Origin: Macrostomum hystrix
Taxonomy: Eukaryota; Animalia; Platyhelminthes
Length of the DNA: 64,000 nt
NCBI GenBank assembly: GCA_950097015.1
Contig: CATNEN010000029.1
Location: 2,170,001-2,234,000 of the forward strand
Direction: 5' to 3'
Below are positions 55,805 through 64,000 of the stretch, in pieces; positions within the stretch are counted from its first letter, which is position 1, and every line of letters starts with the position of its first letter. The notes beneath the pieces were generated by a model, which saw only the letters and a program-made list of their open reading frames with translations, was not told where the DNA came from and did no database searches. The translations under genes were made by a program, and so were the position numbers.

Positions 55805-58800
55805 ATGACACTGAATTTTGACGACCTGCTGAAGAAAATCGGTGGCTTCGGCCCGGCTCAACTGCTTATCTTTCTTGTGCCAGCACTCGTCGCCATTCTG
55901 AGCGGTGTACACACCTTGGCGCCTATCTATGTTCTGTACACCCCTGAATACAGGTGAGCGATATTGGCTTGCACATTTATCATCCTAGTGTATGCTCAGC
56001 GTACTAATCTGAGGATAGATATTGAATATGATGCTTAAACGTCGAAATTCGTTAAAACCAAGTTGCTTTTTTTCTTATTTTTAACACAGATAATTAAAAG
56101 CAGGTATCTTTGATATTTTTAACGCGTTGCTTTCACAACCCCCAAGTTTCGGAAATCCCAAGTTTCACAACACCCAAGTTTCAGAAATCCCAAGTTTCAC
56201 AACCCCCAAGTTTCAGAAATCCCAAGTTTCACAACCCCCAAGTTTCACAATCCCAAGTTTCACAATCCCAAGTTCCAAAATCCCCCAAGTTTCACAACCC
56301 CCAAGTGTCACAACCCCAAGTTTCACAATCCCAAGTTCACAATCCCAAGTTTCACAATCCCTAATTTCCACAATCCCCCAAGTTTCACAACCCCAACTTT
56401 CACAATCCCAAGTTCACAATCCCAAGTTTCACAATCCCAAGTTTCAGAAATCCCTAAGTTCCACAATCCTAAGTTTCACAACCCCAAGTTTCACAATCCC
56501 AAGTTTCACAATCCCTAATTTCCACAATCCCCCAAGTTTCACAACCCCAACTTTCACAACCCCCAAGTTTCACAATCCCCAAGTGTCACAACCCCCAAGT
56601 TCCACAACCCCCAAGTTTCACAACCCACAAGTTTCACAACCCCCAAGTTTCACAATCCCTAAGTTTCACAACCCACAAGTTCCACAACCCCCAAGTTCTA
56701 CAACCCCCAAGTTCCACAATCCCAAGTTTCACAACCCCCAAGTTTCACAACCCACAAGTTTCACAACCCCCAAGTTTCACAATCCCAAGTTTCACAACCC
56801 CCAAGTTTCACAACCCACAAGTTTCACAACCCCCAAGTTTCACAATCCCCAAGTTCCACAACCCCCAAGTTCCACAACCCCCAAGTTCCACAACCCCCAA
56901 GTTTCACAATCCCTAAGTTCCACAACCCCCAAGTTCCACAATCCCACAAGTTTCACAACCCCCAAGTTTCACAATCCCTAAGTTCCACAATCCCCAAGTT
57001 TCACAATCCCCAAGTTTCACAACCCCCAAGTTTCACAAGCCCCAAGTTTCACAACGCACAAGTTTCACAACCCACAAGTTTCACAACCCCCAAGTTTCAC
57101 AACCCAAAATTTTCACAACCCCCAAGTTTCACAATCCCAAGTTTCACAACCCACATGTTTCACAAGCCAAAATTTTCACAACCCACAAGTTCCACAACTC
57201 CCAAGTTCCACAACCCGCAAGTTTCACAACCCACAAGTTTCACAACCCGAAGGTTTCACAATCCCTATGTTTCACAATCCCAAAGTTTTACAATCCCCAA
57301 GTTCCACAACCCCCAAGTTCCACAACCCCCAAGTTCCACAACCCCCAAGTTCCACAATCCCAAGTTTCACAACCCGCAAGTTTCACAACCCACAAGTTTC
57401 ACAACCCCCAAGTTTCACAATCCCTAAGTTCCACAACCCCCAAGTTCTACAACCCCCAAGTTCCACAATCCCAAGTTTCACAACCCCCAAGTTTCACAAC
57501 CCACAAGTTTCACAACCCCCAAGTTTCACAATCCCCAAGTTTCACAAGCCCCAAGTTTCACAACGCACAAGTTTCACAACCCACAAGTTTCACAACCCCC
57601 AAGTTTCACAACCCAAAATTTTCACAACCCACAAGTTTCACAACCCCCATGTTTCACAACCCCCATGTTTCACACGCCCAAAACTTTACAACCTCCAAAT
57701 TTTACATCCCCGAATCTGGTAGGGGCAGTGCGATGCACTCTGCAAATTGATGCATGTGAAATTTGGGCTACTGGAAGTAATGCTGCAAGACTATTATAAT
57801 AAAAACCCATTCTCTGTTTTTAAGATGCCGTCCAAAGTTAAGCTTTGAGTTATCAAACTTCTCCGTGGCCAACGAGTCTCTGTTCCGCGACTATGCTCAA
57901 CCGGACAGCTCTGGGCTGAGTAGCGAAAAGTGCAACTATCTCCATGGCAACGAGACAGGATCGGCCTGCACCGAGTGGACCTACGACCAGAGCCAGTTTT
58001 TCAGGACTTTCGTCACTGAGGTAGTGCTCACACAAATTGTAATTGTGTATTCAATTTAAGGCTTCACAGCATTTATTGCTTGTGTTCCATATAGTGCAGC
58101 AAAAAATAGGCATAATAACCTAGAAAACACTGAGTAAGAATTTTTAGTGTTCCGGCTTACCTTTTATCTATTCTCTACATCAAGAAATAATTTCACGCCT
58201 AAAACGCATGACAAGGCAATAATAATGTGGGGCTACATGTAGTAAACAAAAGTTTTGACTGTTTGAGTCACATTATAAAGGAGTCATAAGGAAGAGTACT
58301 TATAATAATTTTTTTATAATGACAAACCAGTGATTTAAGTGGGTCGGTGGCAGAGCGGTTATCTCGTTTGCCTCTCGCACCACGGTCCCTAAGTTCGATT
58401 CCGCGGCGAGGCCACATTCATTTGGGGCGCAGCCGCGGAGAGAAGGCTTGGGTGCAGAATTGTCGTGCAATTTACACCCTTAAGGGCCAACCTCCAAGGC
58501 AAAGTGAAGTGTACACTGCCTGACGATGAGAAAGTCAGGCCAGATGTACACACCTGTGTAAGCGTATACCTGCGTACAGTATCTGTGTGCGTGTGTGCTC
58601 AGGAGTCAGCGGAATGGGCAGAATTGCTTCCTCGCTGGCTGTGGGTCTAGTGTCACCAAATGATGTGCCACTGCCCGCAGCCCTCCTGCAATTATTCTTA
58701 TTTATTAAGCAGTTATTTACGATTTCGAAGCTGACGGTCGTCTCTCTGCCTCAAGTAGCATTTTGGGGTCAAGAAGGCAGATGAGTTCGCGATTTGAATG

Positions 58801-61800
58801 TCCGAGGTCCGCTTGTAAGTGCGGACTCCAACCGGACACCGGTGGCCTGTCCGTTTAGCGTTTTGTTATCCCAGCTTCAGAGCACATCTCAGCGACAAAC
58901 TTTGACGATGTGCCCTTGCCAATGGGTCGATCTGCTTACCACTGCTTCTACGTTGCTTGCTTGAGAGACGAAATGTAAAATCTTGTGCTCTGACTTGGCC
59001 TATCCTGCACAAAAAAGCCGAACATTGAAAAGTGGATAACTTTGTTTGACGCAGACCTCCAACCGTCGTTTGTAAAACAAGGCGTTTCTCGCTCACTCCC
59101 TCCCTAACTCAAACTGTACGGAGTATCACGTATTGCACAAAGTGCTCCTCCCAAAGATTGACGCCATGCAGTCTTCATGGCTGCGTCAAGATTTTCGCTC
59201 AAGACATTGACAGTAGAAAGACCACGTTATTTTACCACCTGGAGAAAGACCACGTTATTTTCCCACCTGGAGAAAGACCACGTTATTTTCCCACCTGGAG
59301 AAAGACCACGTTATTTTCCCACCTGGAGAAAGACCACGTTATACGAGTGTGTTTGGTGAATATTTCGCACCATAGACAACAAAAACACGAATATTCCAGT
59401 TCAATCTGGTCTGCGACAAGGCGACGGTGGGCACTTGGATCAAGACCTGCACATTCGCGGGGTTCACGGTTGGAGTCTTTGTCACCGGCCTACTGTCGGA
59501 CCTGTGAGCGTAAAACAACGCTTTTTAAAAAGTATTTGCATTCAAATATAGGAAATTTAATTATTTAGAAGTTTAAGCAATTAGTTTCTGCAGTTTCTCG
59601 CTCAATCCTAGAAAATTGACACGAAATTATGTTTAAAATTGGTAGCAAGATTTCGCGGGGGTCGGTGGCAGAGCGGTTAACTCGTTTGCCTCACGCAAAA
59701 AGGTCCTGAGCTCGATTCCGCGGCGCATCGAAGGCTTGGGGGCTTGTCGTGCAATTAGCGACTTTGAGGGCCAACCTACAAGGCACAGTGAAAGTGTAAC
59801 ACTGCCTGACGATGAGAAAGTCAGGGCAGATGTACACACCTGTGTGAATGTTTGCCTGCGTACGGTATCTGTGTGCGTGTGTTTAGGAGTCAGCGAAATG
59901 GGCGGAATTGCCTCCTCGCTGGCTGCAGGTCTAGTGTCACCAAATGACGTGCCATTGCTCCACAGCCCTCCTGCAGTTATTTTTGTTTTTAAATTTCTAG
60001 AACTCGTTATAAAAAACTGGCGAGATTTGAGAAGCAACTGATTGAGATGGATGGAAACTGGCGAGATTTGAGAAGCAATTGATTGAGATGGATGGAAACT
60101 GGCGAGATTTGAGAAGCAACTGATTGAGATGGATGGAAACTGGCGAGATTTGAGAAGCAACTGATTGAGATGGATGGAAACTGGCGAGATTTGAGAAGCA
60201 ACTGATTGAGATGGATGGAAACTGGCGAGATTTGAGAAGCAACTGATTGAGATGGATGGAAACTGGCGAGATTTGAGAAGCAACTGATTGAGATGGATGG
60301 AAAAACTTCTTTGGAATTTGACAGTTTCACAAGAAGTTGAAATTGATGCAATAACATCTTATTTACTTGATTTAGCATTTTTTAAAAAGCTTTTCGACTA
60401 TCACAGAATTAATTAGGCCCCTATTGGATAGAAAGATAAATAAAGAAACGCAATCGGCCGGATCATTCTCAAGAATGCACTCGTAAGTTGTTTAGATTTG
60501 AACTTTTAACTCGAGCTTAGAATACTAATTGCGTTTGAGTCATTGGAATCGGCTTCTGGCTAATGTCAACGAAAAATTCTATCGTCACATCATTAGACTC
60601 GATGTTTTCCACAGACTCGGCCGGCGACGATGTCTCATCGCCTGTCTTTCCATCTACGGCACGGCCGCCCTTGGCGCTGCCTTCTGCCAGTCGCCGATAA
60701 CCATGGCCCTGGCCAGATTCTTCATCGGCTTCGGCGCGCTCGGAGCTTTCACCATCGGCTTCGTCATCGGCACGGAGATCGTTGGCCCGGAGGCCAGATT
60801 CCACACCGGCATGGCCATCGAGTACTTCTGGAGCCTTGGCTCGTCAATCGTTGTGGGTCTAGCCTATGTCTTCAAGTAAGGATCACGGACGACTTAGTTG
60901 ACAACTAATTGAGTCGCTAAAGCTTGTTTTCAACAGTGCGTATATATTTGCTTGTGTTGTTCGCGCAGTGACTGGCGCCACCTGCAGATTGCCTCCTCTG
61001 TCCCGGTGCTACTAGTGCTAGCTGTCTCCCTGGCGCCGGCAGTGGTGCCAGAGTCGCCTCGCTGGCTGCTGCACAAAGGTCGCATTGACGAGGCCCGCGA
61101 TGTCATCCGGCGGATGGCCCGGCTCAACCGCGCGTCGGACACCGCAGGTCACGAACTCGACTCGGTGCTAGAGAGAGGCCGCGACAACGACAGGGTCGCC
61201 GATCAGCTGGTTGAGGACTCGTCGTCGCCGTCGATCAAGGTAGCCGTCCTGGAAGCCCGCAACCCGCCGACGGAGCCGCGTTGGCGCCATCGCTGCCGGG
61301 CGGCTGCTGTGACCAGTCGTCGGCTGTTTTGTCAGGCGCCCCGCCTGCTGGTCGAGTACTGCATCATCGGCTTCAACTGGTCAGTGACTAGCAGTCGCCA
61401 TGCCTGCTTTAACAGGCCTGTGTTATTCATCATCGCTCATGTAACCAGAAAGCGGCTACAAAGTTATGCAAATATACGAGCCTTACTCCACCCTACTTAG
61501 GTTTGCCATATCTCTGGTTTACTACGGACTGACTATGGGAACCGGCGCTCTGCCCGGCAACGTGTTTGTCACCTCCCTGCTCGCAGCGCTGGTTGAATTT
61601 CCGGCCTACATCGTCGGACACGCCAGCGTCAACCGGCTTGGGCGGAAGGTCGTCTACATCGCCTCCTTGGCCCTGTCGGCTATTTCGCTGCTCGGTCTAC
61701 TGCTAGTCGTACTACTAGCCTCCGGTTAGTTCAGTAGTCTAATGCAAACACACGCGCTTATTTGTTTTAACATTCCTTTTCCGCCCCTCCTATCCGGAGT

Positions 61801-62865
61801 CCTTTTAGTGCACAGGCGGAGTTTTGGGCGTACGCGGCGCTGGTCGGAGGGACTAAAACAGAGATTTCATCAGATTCAGTGAATATACGAGCAGCAAGAT
61901 GCTAACTTAACGACATTAGAAAAGTTCAACTTAAAGTGCATAAAATTACTTAGCAAATCATAAGAGTTTTTCGCACCTGCCTCTATTAGGACAGATGTGC
62001 AGCCGACAGCACAGTCGAAACTACTGCACGGTGCATCTGATTGGCTGCGTACAGCTGTTCAGTCCATGGACTTAGGGGTTGCCACACCCACCATCAATTG
62101 CCCTAGCTGATGCTGGCACCCATCTGAAGCATTGCAGAGTTGAGAGTCTAGAGTCTAAGAGTTCCAGTGGAGTTAGGAATCGAACCCCCGACCTTGAAGT
62201 CGCCAGTCTGAAGCTCTAAACACTAGTGCGTCCTTCTACCTTTAGTCTGTACTTAAGCTAAATGTTTTGGTTTCATTATGCAGGAATCGACTTAAAACTG
62301 TGGACTCCACATATTCAGTGCTTTTTACGTACAGCCAAAATTCTGAATCTCACAGACGTGTCCTGGCTGATCATCGCTCTGTCCATGCTAGGCAAGCTCT
62401 TCAACACTGCAGCCTTCGGCGTGATCTACCTGTGGACGGCTGAGCTCTATCCGACTAGCATTCGCAACATCGGCGTCTCAGCCAGCTCCATGTGGGCCAG
62501 AATTGGTACACTGTTCGCACCGGCTCTGGCAGATATTGTAAGTAGCGAACTTCAGAATGTGAAGCTAATTTGTTTTTCTACAGATATTGTTCACGGAAAC
62601 ATTCAGAAAGCTTTGGTTTCCAAAACTGTCGCTGCTCACAGTGTCAGTCCAGATTGAAGCCAGCAACAAGAAAGATGCCATTCTTCCGCACTCTCAATTT
62701 TCGAACACATTTTTAGCAAAACTTTGTCCCAGGCCAGGCAGGCACGGTGCTGGCGTATACCATTTTCGTCGCCATTTCCACAGCGGCCGTCTTGCTGGCG
62801 CTGTTCGTGCCAGAGACTGGGAGTAGAAAGCTGCCAGACTCACTGGAGCAAATGATCTCCATCAG
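55805..62865 (+). CDS. SLC22-family (organic cation/anion/zwitterion) MFS transporter, ~560 aa
   Basis: Exons 55805-55953, 57825-58020, 59400-59503, 60615-60875, 60969-61379, 61501-61724, 62356-62537, 62738-62865, possibly 62930-62957 (stop). Phases consistent. Motifs FDDLLKKIGGFG, CTEWTYD..TFVTEFNLVCD, LSDLLGRR, PESPRWL, ELYPTSIR, VPET. Confidence 0.93.
56130..57710. repeat. Degenerate 15-17-bp minisatellite (CCCAAGTTTCACAACC)n in SLC22 intron 1
   Basis: Direct reading. Confidence 0.95.
58341..58696 (+). mobile_element. Full-length SINE family A (tRNA-derived)
   Basis: A-box GGTGGCAGAGCGG, B-box GTTCGATTCC, full body, tail CCCTCCTGCAATTATT. Confidence 0.92.
59216..59341. repeat. 28-bp repeat (AGAAAGACCACGTTATTTTCCCACCTGG), ~4.5 copies
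   Basis: Direct reading. Confidence 0.92.
59657..59984 (+). mobile_element. Near full-length SINE family A
   Basis: GGGGGTCGGTGGCAGAGCGGTTAAC..GAGCTCGATTCC..CCCTCCTGCAGTTATT. Confidence 0.92.
60013..60303. repeat. 41-bp minisatellite (AAACTGGCGAGATTTGAGAAGCAACTGATTGAGATGGATGG)n
   Basis: ~7 near-perfect copies. Confidence 0.96.
61988..62226 (-). mobile_element. SINE family B copy in an SLC22 intron
   Basis: Reverse complement has the head (CTAGTGTTTAGAGC..GGTTCGATTCC) and tail (CTGTGCTGTCGGCTGCACATCTGTCC). Confidence 0.85.
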
Positions 62866-63189
62866 GTGCCTTTCACTTTGAAGCTAGGAGACGTCTGCAA
62901 AATGCTAGAGTTAATTAGAGCGTGAACAGGTCCGCTAGCGTAATCCACAGATACTAGAATACTATAACAGTGTGTTATAATATCTATGGCCTAATCCGAA
63001 CCAAATTCATAATTTATTACATTCATGACTTTTGTTTCCTAAGTTATTCATGTTCTAAAAACTATTTTCAAAAAATAGGCATACTGTTCATGCTCTAAAA
63101 GTTTTGAAAACCTAGCGGGTGCTTTAAAACAGATATTAGAAATTACCTCCTAGAATAATTTGCTAGCATATCTCGTCCCTTTCGTAGAG

Positions 63190-63933
63190 ATTCTCTCACT
63201 CTGGTATCAGAGATGCTCTCACTCTGGTATCAGAGATGCTCTCACTCTGGTATCAGAGATGCTCTCACTCTGGTATCAGAGATGCTCTCACTCTGGTATC
63301 ATAGATGCTCTCACTCTGGTATCAGAGATGCTCTCACTCTGGTATCAGAGATGCTCTCACTCTGGTATCAGAGATGCTCTCACTCTGGTATCAGAGATGC
63401 TCTCACTCTGGTATCATAGATGCTCTCACTCTGGTATCAGAGATGCTCTCACTCTGGTATCAGAGATGCTCTCACTCTGGTATCAGAGATGCTCTCACTC
63501 TGGTATCATAGATGCTCTCACTCTGGTATCATAGATGCTCTCACTCTGGTATCAGAGATGCTCTCACTCTGGTATCAGAGATGCTCTCACTCTGGTATCA
63601 GAGATGCTCTCACTCTGGTATCAGAGATGCTCTCACTCTGGTATCAGAGATGCTCTCACTCTGGTATCATAGATGCTCTCACTCTGGTATCAGAGATGCT
63701 CTCACTCTGGTATCAGAGATGCTCTCACTCTGGTATCAGAGATGCTCTCACTCTGGTATCATAGATGCTCTCACTCTGGTATCATAGATGCTCTCACTCT
63801 GGTATCAGAGATGCTCTCACTCTGGTATCAGAGATGCTCTCACTCTGGTATCAGAGATGCTCTCACTCTGGTATCAGAGATGCTCTCACTCTGGTATCAG
63901 AGATGCTCTCACTCTGGTATCAGAGATGCTCTC
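63190..63933. repeat. 23-bp minisatellite (CTCTCACTCTGGTATCAGAGATG)n
   Basis: Near-perfect tandem copies with a CATAGATG variant. Confidence 0.97.
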
Positions 63934-64000
63934 AGAGACAATTTCAAATTTGTAGTTTACGCGCTAGTACAAGTTATTAGAGAAGTTTCTACAAAAATGT

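Noticed and set aside
63190-63933. TGGTATCAGAG in each 23-bp unit resembles a tRNA-iMet primer-binding site of LTR elements
   Set aside because: It is the plant-type PBS (metazoan would be TGGTAGCAGAG), and no LTR, PPT or gag/pol is nearby; treated as coincidence

Overview
Metazoan genomic DNA with GC-rich exons and AT-rich introns crowded with minisatellites and SINEs; this style suggests a free-living flatworm such as Macrostomum (inference only). Six protein-coding genes can be rebuilt with phase-consistent GT-AG splicing: PRC1/Ase1 (+, 5 exons), TOGARAM1/crescerin (+, 12 exons, ~1659 aa), CBL (-, 2 exons), an intronless BTB/POZ gene (+), an NPY/NPF-type class A GPCR (-, 2 exons) and an SLC22 transporter (+, 8-9 exons). 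Mobile DNA comprises a 5'-truncated RNase H-bearing LINE (Loa/Lian-like) inserted into a minisatellite, two main tRNA-derived SINE families (one CORE-like), a hAT-Charlie-like MITE carrying a minisatellite, and a Merlin-like MITE nested in a SINE. About 25 tandem arrays cover roughly a quarter of the window. The best novelty candidate is an apparent internal first exon in TOGARAM1 starting MGCGSS (myristoyl/palmitoyl signal) that can splice in frame to the TOG3-TOG4 half. Other candidates are a Cbl lacking the RING Trp408 with a linker insertion, an exon flanked by inverted SINEs (circRNA geometry), and two related minisatellites in inverted orientation. No database searches were run; family assignments rest on recalled motifs.
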